A DNA stretch of 35,693 bases, from the IMG/VR virus record IMGVR_UViG_3300032327_000515, positions 1-35,693 of that record; one strand, given 5' to 3'. The notes beneath the pieces are model-generated. The model saw only the letters and a list, made by a program, of their open reading frames with translations. It did no database searches and was not told the origin of the DNA. Made by a program: the position numbers and the translations under genes. Position 1 is the first letter of the stretch. The number at the start of each line of letters is the position of its first letter. Shown here piece by piece: positions 26,412 through 35,693 of the stretch. The DNA is from a virus. Its lineage: Duplodnaviria > Caudoviricetes.

Positions 26412-26954
26412 TTAAACGATTACAAACGCTTTTCCTGTTGGACTTACTTTATGATTATCGCCAAACAATTCTAACATAGCCCAATGAGCACCATTAACGC
26501 TACCTTTTTGAACAGTTTGGCCAGGAGCTGCATCATCAAACCAGATGATACAACCAGGAACCAGATTATCCTTCAGGTATGCAATCGAATCAACGACAGA
26601 TTGATACTGGTCACAATCTAAGTGTAAGAAAGCGATTGGTGGCATTTCAACGGCGGAGGCAGGAAACAAACCTTTTACTACAGTAGCATAAGGGAGTGCA
26701 TTTTTAACTGTTTCGTAATCGGTATCATTAAAATCTCCAACCTTATGGTAGTCCATATCTGAGGTATAAGGAATCCCCTCAAATGTATCATATAAGAAGA
26801 TTGGACGATTTTGTTCTTTACACAACTCTGTCAGATGCCAAGCAGTACCACCTTGGTAAACTCCAACTTCAACAAAGGCACCAGATGGTGCTGTTTTTGC
26901 GGGTGTGATTAAATCATCAATACAATATTCTGGAACTGCTGATGGTAAACTCAT
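26412..26954 (-). CDS. TylF/MycF-family O-methyltransferase
   Basis: VEVGVYQGG, YDTFEGIP, VKGLF, LHLDCDQY, FDD; start re-called at 26954. Confidence 0.85.
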   Translation of the reverse strand: MSLPSAVPEYCIDDLITPAKTAPSGAFVEVGVYQGGTAWHLTELCKEQNRPIFLYDTFEGIPYTSDMDYHKVGDFNDTDYETVKNALPYATVVKGLFPASAVEMPPIAFLHLDCDQYQSVVDSIAYLKDNLVPGCIIWFDDAAPGQTVQKGSVNGAHWAMLELFGDNHKVSPTGKAFVIV

Positions 26955-26958
26955 ATTT

Positions 26959-27672
26959 TTATGTCCATGAAGTGTTTTCAAAATCCAACCAATAGGTTGC
27001 CATTTTTCCCTTGCCACTTAGAAGATAGAATGGTAATGTATGAATTAATCCTCGACTGGAATTATAGTATATCTTATCTTTTGGTCCTCTGTCAAGTACC
27101 CATGCAAAATGGCTTGATCCCGTGTCACCTCCTACAAAGACTTCGGCTGTGGTAATGTGGTAATAATTCTGTACGAAGTTGGTAGAATATCGCCACCCCA
27201 CAAACGGACAACCTTCCGTTGGTGCACCCTTTTTACAAATAATTTTTTCATAATCTTTGTATTCTTCTTTATCGTAAACCTGTAGTATCTTTTCATATAC
27301 ATGTTGTGGCCAATTTCTATATGTGTTATATGGTGCATCAAATAAAGGAAACACAACAATTTTCTTCTCCATTGGCGCATTATTATGGATCTTCACTAGA
27401 TCACCACTAATATCTCTAAAGTCCCAAACATTAACCTTTCTCCAAGGTAAAGATTCCGTACCTTCTTCTTTCGTAAAATAGTTAGTCATCTTCAACATTA
27501 TCTCATAGAATGTTTGACAATGTGTGTCTGAGCTAACATTTCCTGGTTTTAAATGGAATTGGATTGTTGGATCGTTATTAACTTTTCTAACATGCTCTAA
27601 CACATTTGCAACAGCAATCATATCACCGTTACGAATCGTACCAAAGGTACCAGGTTCAATATTAATAATCAT
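26959..27672 (-). CDS. GT9-like (GT-B) glycosyltransferase-like protein
   Basis: N-terminal RNGDMI and C-terminal FVGGDTGSSH resemble heptosyltransferase motifs. Confidence 0.6.
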   Translation of the reverse strand: MIINIEPGTFGTIRNGDMIAVANVLEHVRKVNNDPTIQFHLKPGNVSSDTHCQTFYEIMLKMTNYFTKEEGTESLPWRKVNVWDFRDISGDLVKIHNNAPMEKKIVVFPLFDAPYNTYRNWPQHVYEKILQVYDKEEYKDYEKIICKKGAPTEGCPFVGWRYSTNFVQNYYHITTAEVFVGGDTGSSHFAWVLDRGPKDKIYYNSSRGLIHTLPFYLLSGKGKMATYWLDFENTSWT

Positions 27673-28394
27673 ACAACAATATCTTTCACATGGACCAATT
27701 TAGATTTACGATTACCATAATAATGCCTTGAAAAGTCAAACTCAACGGGATGGCCATCCCAAGTTCTCATATCTTCATCCCAACCAACAATCGTTTCTTT
27801 AGTCATCAGGTCAGCAATAATACCAATACCAGTAAATGTTGTAATCAATGGATTTGGATTATTCTTTATTAAGTTTAAATTGTACATCAAAGGTTTCGTA
27901 TAATCAAGATAATGTACCTTTGTTATATCAGGATTAACTCCGTTTTCGATAACATTGGTATTTCTTCTTGTATCAATTGTCGGATCTTGTTTTAAAGACC
28001 ATCTATCACCAATAATTGTTTTACTTGATAAGTCATCGGTAAATTGAGGGAAAACTTTAATTTTCACATCATCATCAACCTCAAAATCAATACTGTAGTT
28101 GTCACGAATCCAATTTTCATAACGGCAAGTTTCAATTGGACGATTCGGATCATTTCTATCCATTCTAGTCCAAGAACTAAGAACAACTACATTACCAGAT
28201 ACAAAGACTTCATCTTCAAAAGATATAGTATCAAAAATATCTTGATACATTAGAAACTCTTTGATGCCATTAAACTTACGCATCTCATTTCGAATTACGA
28301 GTTTAATCTTTTCTCTTTTAGCCAAACCAGATAAAACTGGAAAAGCGTTCATGAAGTCACCAAGATTGGCAGTACAGTTTAGATTAATTATCAT
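27669..28394 (-). CDS. GT9-like glycosyltransferase-like protein (divergent)
   Basis: NLGDFMNAFPVL N-terminal motif; ITTFTGIGIIA at the DS/TG-equivalent position. Confidence 0.5.
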   Translation of the reverse strand: MIINLNCTANLGDFMNAFPVLSGLAKREKIKLVIRNEMRKFNGIKEFLMYQDIFDTISFEDEVFVSGNVVVLSSWTRMDRNDPNRPIETCRYENWIRDNYSIDFEVDDDVKIKVFPQFTDDLSSKTIIGDRWSLKQDPTIDTRRNTNVIENGVNPDITKVHYLDYTKPLMYNLNLIKNNPNPLITTFTGIGIIADLMTKETIVGWDEDMRTWDGHPVEFDFSRHYYGNRKSKLVHVKDIVV

Positions 28395-29181
28395 TATATT
28401 CCTTGAAAGCAACAAACCAATCTTGTTCGGATACTTTATGTAATTCGAACAGTTCAGGTCTAGATAGATATGACATCAACAATAAAGTTTGGTCATCATC
28501 AATTAAATTATTTTTGAGTAATTCTATAGTGCTATGGTAAACTAATGCTTCAAGTTTTGGCCACAATTCTTTGCCTGCAATGATACATGGTCCAGTAACA
28601 TGAACATCATTGTTTGCAATGATATCTTGAATATATGTTCCATCAACATAATCTTTGACTGTAAAGAAATGAATCTTTTCCTTATCAAAATTATATTTCC
28701 ATTCCTTTACACCATTGAGCGTAGATTCTTCACGGCAGTAACCAAAGTCCAACCAAGCAACCAAATCGGTCTTGATGATCTGACTATTAATTGCTCTTGT
28801 AACAAAAGAAGATTTCAAAGCATTCACCACAACATAATCAGCATTCCAATATTCTGGATTACGAATTTGTGTAGGATTAATTTTAGATTGGTATTCTGAA
28901 TCTTGTTGAACTTTAATTACCGCTTCTCTTAGTTCTTTGAATGATTCTTTAAAATCAATCGTAAGAATATCGGTAGGTTTACCTTCTCGTAAAGTTTTAA
29001 CTTGTTCAACAAATTCTTTTGATGTATAAACAACCATTGGATTTTCGAGTTTTGCCATAATAGCAAATCTGTCCATGTATGTTTGTGTTGTGCGCTGAAG
29101 GTAGTGTGGTAATCCTTTATCTGGAGTCCAATCACCACGGCCAATGTCAAAGAAGGCCGTTACAATAGTAATTTCATTCAT
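28384..29181 (-). CDS. HtrL/YibB (WlaTC)-family glycosyltransferase
   Basis: ITIVTAFFDIGRGDW, NPEYWNADY, AWLDFGY, DDDQTLL. Confidence 0.8.
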   Translation of the reverse strand: MNEITIVTAFFDIGRGDWTPDKGLPHYLQRTTQTYMDRFAIMAKLENPMVVYTSKEFVEQVKTLREGKPTDILTIDFKESFKELREAVIKVQQDSEYQSKINPTQIRNPEYWNADYVVVNALKSSFVTRAINSQIIKTDLVAWLDFGYCREESTLNGVKEWKYNFDKEKIHFFTVKDYVDGTYIQDIIANNDVHVTGPCIIAGKELWPKLEALVYHSTIELLKNNLIDDDQTLLLMSYLSRPELFELHKVSEQDWFVAFKEYNDN

Positions 29182-29908
29182 AATAGTATTTTTTATAATT
29201 GTTAATAATCTCAATTTCACTTGGCTGATTACTTATGAAGATTTCATAATCAAATCCTGGTGTGTGGTTGTGGGTATCTGTCCTATGAGGATTTGCGGAA
29301 TAATCTCTACCAGCAATATAATAACACACATTCATGAAACAGTCAATATATCCAATAGTAGGATAGTATTGTTGTATGGAAGTAAAGTGATGAATAAAGA
29401 ACTTGACAATGTTATCATATTCATTCAAGAAAGTGGATACTTTAAAGATTGTTCCGCCACCCGCACCATATTGTTTAAATGTTGGTCTTTTACCACACCA
29501 ATTTTCAATTGCATCATGAACCGCTTCTGGAATTATATTGCCAATCTTTGTATCTGCACCAGCATGCTCATAACCATCTTCAGTTGTAATTGGTTTAATA
29601 ATCAATACATCATCTTCCATCATAATAATATGTGAAGTATTACATCGCTTACATGCTTCATAGAATCTCTCTAAGAACCTAAGTGTGGTTTCAAGATTAT
29701 AACCATGAGGTGAAACTGGACCACCAAGAGGTTCTTTGTATAAAACATAATCAAGATTAAATTTCTCGACAAGATTCATATACTCAATTCTTGGACCATC
29801 GATTGCTAAAAAGTAGTAATTATCTGGATGATGCTTCCGAACATTCTCTATGACAACCTCAGTAGCTTTAGGATAAACTGAAGCGATATGAAAAAAAGAG
29901 ATGCTCAT
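29174..29908 (-). CDS. GT-A-like glycosyltransferase
   Basis: HIIMMEDDVLI acidic motif, GGGTIF; cluster context. Confidence 0.55.
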   Translation of the reverse strand: MSISFFHIASVYPKATEVVIENVRKHHPDNYYFLAIDGPRIEYMNLVEKFNLDYVLYKEPLGGPVSPHGYNLETTLRFLERFYEACKRCNTSHIIMMEDDVLIIKPITTEDGYEHAGADTKIGNIIPEAVHDAIENWCGKRPTFKQYGAGGGTIFKVSTFLNEYDNIVKFFIHHFTSIQQYYPTIGYIDCFMNVCYYIAGRDYSANPHRTDTHNHTPGFDYEIFISNQPSEIEIINNYKKYYYE

Positions 29909-29911
29909 AAA

Positions 29912-30472
29912 TTATTTCCAAACAACGAATACGAGATTATCATAACAACCAGTTTGACCTCTGAGGTCATAAAATGCCCACTTTAAATCTCCAACCAATT
30001 CTTTGAATTTAGGAAGAACTTCCATTAAGTGAATATCTTCGATCACCAACAATCCACCTTTTTTTACTTTTGGAATATACAAGCGTAAAAAATCATACCA
30101 ACTTTCTTCGGTGTGTGGACCATCATCAATGACAATATCCAATTCAGGTAGATTATCAACAAATTCCTGTGAGTAAGCATTGGCAATGCAAGGTTGAATT
30201 CTTGGATATTTCACCATTATGTCATGGTTGTATAACTTATCCTTATCAACACCACCAATTGCTGCATTTGCAAAATAATCATGCCACATATACAAACTAC
30301 CACCATTAGCAATACCAATTTCTAGAAATGCAATCTGTTTATCTTTATATGGTGCAAAAAGTTCATCATAGATTTGACTACAATATTGATGACGATATTC
30401 CTTATCTGTAATAAAACCAGGACTCAACTCTGCGTAGTTATTATTCTTTTGTAATAGTTCAACTAAAGTCAT
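29912..30472 (-). CDS. Class I SAM-dependent methyltransferase
   Basis: LEIGIANGGS, DIVIDDGPH, GGLLVIED. Confidence 0.85.
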   Translation of the reverse strand: MTLVELLQKNNNYAELSPGFITDKEYRHQYCSQIYDELFAPYKDKQIAFLEIGIANGGSLYMWHDYFANAAIGGVDKDKLYNHDIMVKYPRIQPCIANAYSQEFVDNLPELDIVIDDGPHTEESWYDFLRLYIPKVKKGGLLVIEDIHLMEVLPKFKELVGDLKWAFYDLRGQTGCYDNLVFVVWK

Positions 30473-31002
30473 TATGCAACTCTTTTAAGAATAGTTAATC
30501 CATTATTGTTGGTTCTTCTTTCGAGCATTTGCCATTCAGGATGAGTATCCATAAATTCTTGAATTGCTGGCCAGATTCCTTTACCACCAAATTCGCCATT
30601 AATTTCATAAGAAGTGGTATCATGAAAACCAATATACTTTCTTGCCTTGTTGGCATGTAAGCTTAGTTCTGTTTGTACTTGCTCATAGATATGTAAACTA
30701 TCCACAAATAGGAAATCGGTTTCTTCAATTTCAACTTTTCTGGTATCAGCAATATGCAAAGCAACATTACGACCAGCATTTCTGGCTTGAATGAAGAAAT
30801 CTACAATTCCTGGTTGTGGAAGATATTCATAACTATGTAATGTAACATCATGGCGGAGAAATGCTCTTGTACTTTGAGCCCAACCAACACCCAATTCAGT
30901 AACATGTTTACATTCAGATGTAAGTTGTGATAGAACCGGAAGATGTTCATTGATGTCGGACATCTTTGTACAAGATTCCATATATTCTAATTCAAAATTC
31001 AT
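30472..31002 (-). CDS. Class I SAM-dependent methyltransferase
   Basis: VTELGV, DFLFVDSLH, IGFHDT, NNNGLTIL. Confidence 0.8.
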   Translation of the reverse strand: MNFELEYMESCTKMSDINEHLPVLSQLTSECKHVTELGVGWAQSTRAFLRHDVTLHSYEYLPQPGIVDFFIQARNAGRNVALHIADTRKVEIEETDFLFVDSLHIYEQVQTELSLHANKARKYIGFHDTTSYEINGEFGGKGIWPAIQEFMDTHPEWQMLERRTNNNGLTILKRVA

Positions 31003-31004
31003 TT

Positions 31005-31844
31005 TTATGTCCTATAAATAAAATACTGCGATTCATCTTCTTGTCCATATTTCTCTTGGACAAACTTCTTCAAAACTGGTACTCGGTCATATTGGTGTAC
31101 AATTGAGTAAATAAAACCAGTACAATCTTTTAGTAAACCATCTTCAAATACAGGCTCAGAGAATATTAGATTTGGTCTAAACTGTTCAATTTTGAATGGA
31201 TCCATGGTAGTACCCAACTCAGCAGCCCATGAGTCTGTTTTAGTTACAATATCTTTGAACGGTTGTGTGTTGATTAATACATTGAATACGGCTTGATCAA
31301 CGATAGGAATGGGTCGGTTGATTCCATTGGTGAAGATATGAAACACCATATCTTTTACATATTCTGATTTGCCACCGAATGTTCCAACATTAAAGATTTC
31401 GTTATTCTTAAATTCTTCATATACATATTGGCCATAAGCTTGATATAAATTCTCATTGCCCCAAGGCTCATCTTTATATTTTAAACCTTCTGAAGCAATA
31501 ACAAGCTTATTTCCAACAAGAGATTTAAATGGATCTGCTTGAAAGTAAACATCTTTGACATCTGTTGTAACAACGTATTGGTAGTCTTTATAATGACTTC
31601 TCAAATAATCATAGATTGATAAAAATCGTAATACATGAATTGGTACATTCTGAACTTGTAACATAGGAGCAATAATAACACCTTGTGTTTCCAACCAATC
31701 TAGTGTTTCATCAGATGCATTACCATAAACTAAAACAACATCATCGTTATCACCCGCATGCACCTTTGCGGATAATACCCAAGGCTTTAACTGGTTAGCG
31801 TTATAGTTTGTGAACCCACCGATGATAAGATTTTTTTGCGCCAT
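31005..31844 (-). CDS. GT-A-like glycosyltransferase
   Basis: TTDVKDVYFQ, FNVGTFGG, DQAVFN, VHQYDR. Confidence 0.7.
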   Translation of the reverse strand: MAQKNLIIGGFTNYNANQLKPWVLSAKVHAGDNDDVVLVYGNASDETLDWLETQGVIIAPMLQVQNVPIHVLRFLSIYDYLRSHYKDYQYVVTTDVKDVYFQADPFKSLVGNKLVIASEGLKYKDEPWGNENLYQAYGQYVYEEFKNNEIFNVGTFGGKSEYVKDMVFHIFTNGINRPIPIVDQAVFNVLINTQPFKDIVTKTDSWAAELGTTMDPFKIEQFRPNLIFSEPVFEDGLLKDCTGFIYSIVHQYDRVPVLKKFVQEKYGQEDESQYFIYRT

Positions 31845-32548
31845 GGGAACTCTCCATTATATTTTTTATTCATTACTGCATTTCCATTGATAAAGAAATC
31901 GGATGTAACCGAACCTTTACCACCATCAACACGATAGTTTACTGTATATTCATTAGTACAATCAAATTTTTGAAAGTGCTGTGATATAGCTCCTAAGAAT
32001 ACTCTATCTTGGCCCCAACCACCATGCCAAACAGAGGCTAATTTTACAGCAATATTTGTTTTTAGGCAATAGGTATTTGTATCAACATGATTAACTCCAT
32101 GATAAGTTTGCCATTTACCTAAAGATTCACAATCATCATGACAAACAAAAGTACCATCTTTATTATAAACATCACGCAAAGAATAACACCAATCTAAGTT
32201 TTTAGATTCGATAGTGTTTACACAAGATTCAATATGGTTTGGTTTTAACCAATTATCTTGGTCGAGATAGGTAACATACACAGTATCAATTAAATGAGTA
32301 AATGCAGCATAGACACGGTGGCCATAAAATCCATTGGCACCAACATTCAAAGGCAAATTACAAACCATTATTTTTTTATAGTTTGGATGAGTTTCGAATA
32401 TTTTTATATGATTTCTTACTGCATGAACAAACTCAGGACCATCACACACAATGTAACATTTAGTATCGTAAGTTTGGTCTAATACAGATTTAATAGCAGT
32501 ATAAACATCAGCCGAACCGGTGGTTGGTATAATAACAGTTGCACTCAT
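31787..32548 (-). CDS. GT2-family glycosyltransferase
   Basis: VIIPT, SVLDQTY, YLDQDNW (DxD), GQDR. Confidence 0.85.
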   Translation of the reverse strand: MSATVIIPTTGSADVYTAIKSVLDQTYDTKCYIVCDGPEFVHAVRNHIKIFETHPNYKKIMVCNLPLNVGANGFYGHRVYAAFTHLIDTVYVTYLDQDNWLKPNHIESCVNTIESKNLDWCYSLRDVYNKDGTFVCHDDCESLGKWQTYHGVNHVDTNTYCLKTNIAVKLASVWHGGWGQDRVFLGAISQHFQKFDCTNEYTVNYRVDGGKGSVTSDFFINGNAVMNKKYNGEFPWRKKILSSVGSQTITLTS

Positions 32549-33150
32549 TAATATTTCCAAAACATTTGGTAACCATTATGTAATAGTGGATTATTTACTT
32601 TTGACATATAATCAAAGATAAATTGTCCTTTACCCATTAGATGGTTTTGATTATTCTTTACTTCAATCCAATTATCATCAACACCAATTAAGGTACCTTG
32701 CTTGAGCGATGGTGCAATGGTAAGTAATTCATAAAGGTGATGTAGTGCGCTCTGATAACACACTTCCGGTTTATCACGAGGTGCATCAAAAGAATCCAAA
32801 TAAAGGAAATCAATTTTTCTATTTTCTTTTTGGAGTTGTTCGTTTAGTATTTTTAAACGTGTGATACTATCATCCGTGTATACATGACTATTAGATGAGG
32901 TCATTCTACTCTTACAATAGTCAGTACTTTCGGTAGCAATATCTACTGTATGGAATTCTCCACCATATTGATTGATATATTTGTCGAACAATAAACTACT
33001 CTGTCCGTCACCACCATAATTATCTAGTTGCCTTGCACAACCAGTTTCTACAATTAATGGATCTTTAATACCTTTTAAATAATTAAAAATAAAATCAAAT
33101 CCATCAGTCCTATGTCCAAGTTTACTTCTCACATCATCATAAAATTGCAT
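32548..33150 (-). CDS. Class I SAM-dependent methyltransferase
   Basis: IVETGC, HTVDI, IDFLYLDSFD, IGVDD, GKG. Confidence 0.75.
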   Translation of the reverse strand: MQFYDDVRSKLGHRTDGFDFIFNYLKGIKDPLIVETGCARQLDNYGGDGQSSLLFDKYINQYGGEFHTVDIATESTDYCKSRMTSSNSHVYTDDSITRLKILNEQLQKENRKIDFLYLDSFDAPRDKPEVCYQSALHHLYELLTIAPSLKQGTLIGVDDNWIEVKNNQNHLMGKGQFIFDYMSKVNNPLLHNGYQMFWKY

Positions 33151-33152
33151 AA

Positions 33153-33437
33153 TTAATCCCTTGTCAGTTTCAATATTTTCTCTATTTGTTTTTCAATAAT
33201 TGGTTTACGCTTCGGCCAATATATATATTCTTTATCTCCGGTCGTTTGTAATTTCATGAGAAAAGGAATAATTAGTTTTTCAACTTCTTGTAATCTAGTT
33301 TTATAATCATCAGCCGTTTCAGCTGTTTTATTGATAACAGAATTATATTCAGCTTCAGATACAGCAGAGAAACCAAAGTCATCTTCCACATTATCATACT
33401 CTTTAGCGAGTTTATCAAAATCTATTAGTGCCATCAT
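33153..33437 (-). CDS. Conserved T4-like phage hypothetical protein
   Basis: DDFGFSAV...PFL...KEYIYWPKR. Confidence 0.75.
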   Translation of the reverse strand: MMALIDFDKLAKEYDNVEDDFGFSAVSEAEYNSVINKTAETADDYKTRLQEVEKLIIPFLMKLQTTGDKEYIYWPKRKPIIEKQIEKILKLTRD

Positions 33438-34702
33438 TTAACTCCATTAAATTTAATAGCTAAATTTATAAATTGGCCAAGTTTGTGTTCGGCTCCTACT
33501 TTATTTGTCCTAACCGCAAACTCTAAATCTGTAGTTTTTGCTCTGCAGGTCATACTTATAGTGAAATTTTGTTTTGATGTTGTTGATTTACTTGTTTTAA
33601 ATCCGCCTTGTTTTTTAACTCTACCTAAACAAGCTCCAACAACATCATCATCTTTAAGTTCTTTAACTTCTGTTCCGTAAGCTTTCAAAACAACAAGAGG
33701 TATATCACCTAATTTTGAATCGTCGCCTACAATTTTTGTAGACAACCATTTTTTTGTTAAAATTTGTTTTTCGTTAAAAAAATCAATCAATTTTGTTCTC
33801 AACCAATCCAATTGATCATTGTATAGTTTTTCATATGATGTTAAATTTTTTCTTTCAAATTCAGCTATTACCTTGACCATTGCAGCTTTTCCATATTGAT
33901 CATATGATGGAATGTTTGGAATTGACTTATAAAATTTCTCATATGATTCTTTTTTCCAAGATTCATATAAATCCAATTGGTCAATGTCTTTCATCAAACT
34001 ACCAACATAAGTATTTAATTTTGGTTCTTTTGTTTTTTCTCCTCCGGCTTTTAATGAAACTCCAATCATAGAATTATCTTCGTATTCTATAAAAATATCT
34101 CCAGGATGTTTTACTGGTACACCAGTCGGTTTTGCTCTATACCCCCAAAATAAATTTTTAATTGATTTACCTTTATTTTGAAATTTAATCCATTGGTAAA
34201 TTGCAATTGCGTTTTTAGTTTTCTCAACAAATTTTGTTGAGTTAATAGATTCGTCAATAAATTTTTTTCCCGCTGCAAAATCCCCCGGAAGATAACAACT
34301 TAATTTTGAATTGTTATTTGACGCTATTTTTTGATAAAAAATATTTGGATCAGTTTCATCTATACCCGTTAAAAAAGCAATACACGGAAATAATTCTGTA
34401 ATTGAAGCATTAAGTGTTGTGTCTTGTTGACCTCCTGATCCAGCCTTCTTCTTATAAAGAATTTGGCAGTCCATAGGAAGATGAGTTCCTAATTCAGAAG
34501 ATCCTTTGACTATATCTTCTTTATTTTGAATTTTATTTTTTGTAAGAGCCTTTTGTAAAGTTACTCTAGCATCTGGTCGATCACCTACACATTCAACAAT
34601 TATTTTTTTGCCTTTAATTTCTCGTATTGAAATTTTTGCGACAGAAGATATTGAATTAATTACTTTAATAGCGTTTGCAAGGACTTCTTCTTTATTTGCC
34701 AT
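33434..34702 (-). CDS. Putative PD-(D/E)XK (restriction-endonuclease-like) nuclease
   Basis: TE...HPGDIFI...IGVSLK...KLNT. Confidence 0.6.
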   Translation of the reverse strand: MANKEEVLANAIKVINSISSVAKISIREIKGKKIIVECVGDRPDARVTLQKALTKNKIQNKEDIVKGSSELGTHLPMDCQILYKKKAGSGGQQDTTLNASITELFPCIAFLTGIDETDPNIFYQKIASNNNSKLSCYLPGDFAAGKKFIDESINSTKFVEKTKNAIAIYQWIKFQNKGKSIKNLFWGYRAKPTGVPVKHPGDIFIEYEDNSMIGVSLKAGGEKTKEPKLNTYVGSLMKDIDQLDLYESWKKESYEKFYKSIPNIPSYDQYGKAAMVKVIAEFERKNLTSYEKLYNDQLDWLRTKLIDFFNEKQILTKKWLSTKIVGDDSKLGDIPLVVLKAYGTEVKELKDDDVVGACLGRVKKQGGFKTSKSTTSKQNFTISMTCRAKTTDLEFAVRTNKVGAEHKLGQFINLAIKFNGVK

Positions 34703-34703
34703 G

Positions 34704-35693
34704 TTATCTTATAATTTGAATTTCTTTACCTGAAGTCCAGATTTCTAATTCTGTTCTTAACCTACCCTCAGTTTTAAGGGTTTCGTATCTATTTATAGCT
34801 TTAGTCCGCCACCACTCAATGATGTTCTTTAACTCATGTTTCTCATAATTAGGACCAGGAACTAATGTATCGGTTTTACAATTCATATAATCAACAGAGT
34901 TATTATACCCAAAATCGGATGTATAATATCTTTTCTTCTCTGTCAACTTTTTAGCGTTCTCAATCGTTAAATTGAAAGCATCACCTTCTGGTGTTCCTTT
35001 AAGTGCTGATTTTGTTAGAGCAATCATCTTAGTAAAACTTCTCAATTTTCTACTGGTCGATGAAGTATCTCCAGCCAATAAATCTCCAACAATATTTTCC
35101 ACATAGTTTTTCAAATCGTGATATCTTTGACCATGCATCATAGGTACCATATCAGATTCAGTTAAACCTCTAAATCGAATATATGGTTTCATACCGTCAT
35201 ATTGAGATACAGTTTTGGTTGAACCATACAAACTGGTAGTTTCAAATAAACAGATATTCATACCATATTTCTTATTACAGATTTCTCTAACGGTATGACT
35301 GGTACAAATGGCAGATAGAAGTTTACCACCAAGATAATTAAATCCAAATGGTTGTGCTGGTACAATAACAAAACCCATAACACAAGCTGTATTGAATCGT
35401 TTGGCAGTATCTTCCTGTTGAATCCAGACCTGTCCCAAGAGTTCATTTCGGGGTTTCATATAGATGACTGGTGAACCTAACCGAATGAATCCTAGAATCT
35501 TTCCTGAGTTCTTTTCTCTAACTGCCAATTGTATATTCTTACCAACTGGTGCTTTGTTGATATGAGAAGAGGTAATGGCAAGTAATGATTCCCAAGTTTC
35601 ACCAGCAATTTCACATACCTCAATGTCCATATCATTTGGGTGCATGGAGAAATCCGAGAACAAATCATCTTCAATTGGAAATAGAGAAGATGG
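34704..35693 (-). CDS. DUF4338/DruA-like protein, 5'-truncated by the window edge
   Basis: GFIRLGSP, IVPAQPFGFNYLGGKLL, FETTSLYG, SQYDG; frame stays open to the window end. Confidence 0.75.
   Translation of the reverse strand, partial: PSSLFPIEDDLFSDFSMHPNDMDIEVCEIAGETWESLLAITSSHINKAPVGKNIQLAVREKNSGKILGFIRLGSPVIYMKPRNELLGQVWIQQEDTAKRFNTACVMGFVIVPAQPFGFNYLGGKLLSAICTSHTVREICNKKYGMNICLFETTSLYGSTKTVSQYDGMKPYIRFRGLTESDMVPMMHGQRYHDLKNYVENIVGDLLAGDTSSTSRKLRSFTKMIALTKSALKGTPEGDAFNLTIENAKKLTEKKRYYTSDFGYNNSVDYMNCKTDTLVPGPNYEKHELKNIIEWWRTKAINRYETLKTEGRLRTELEIWTSGKEIQIIR
34790..34797 (-). promoter_or_regulatory. Possible T4-type late promoter
   Basis: Exact TATAAATA inside the 3' end of the DUF4338-like gene, about 90 nt upstream of the nuclease-like gene. 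Confidence 0.45.

Noticed and set aside
58-34071. All plus-strand ORFs in the track
   Set aside because: They are antisense shadows of well-supported minus-strand genes and show no recognisable motifs
34704-35693. A Druantia defence system
   Set aside because: Only a DUF4338-like gene is visible; no DruE-like helicase or other components in the window
1-35693. tRNA genes, CRISPR arrays, transposases, integrases
   Set aside because: Intergenic gaps are short and showed no cloverleaf or repeat-spacer pattern; no such protein motifs were recognised

Overview
A 35.7 kb segment of a large, AT-rich T4-like (myovirus) phage genome with a Gram-negative host. All supported genes are on the minus strand, tightly packed with TAATG/ATGA overlaps, in the standard genetic code. 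In transcription order (right to left): a partial DUF4338/DruA-like gene and a PD-(D/E)XK-like nuclease; a ~6.7 kb island of nine glycosyltransferase-like and SAM methyltransferase genes; a late-promoter-driven block (15.7-26.3 kb) of putative head-packaged proteins, most starting with a T4 internal-protein-like capsid-targeting motif (MKSFKxF/YxxE), including a split ligase-fold protein, a His-rich nuclease-like protein and a nucleotidyltransferase-kinase fusion carrying an apparently overprinted second gene; a compact lysis cassette (embedded spanin pair, holin candidate, GH19 endolysin); primase, thyX, nrdA, an LpxH-like phosphoesterase, nrdB, an epimerase, a GIY-YIG nuclease and RNase H; then early genes behind sigma70 promoters, two of which share a palindromic upstream motif (CobT-like VWA/peptidase, MazG-like, GroES). 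No tRNA, rRNA or CRISPR array was seen. Family assignments come from motif recognition only; no database searches were run.
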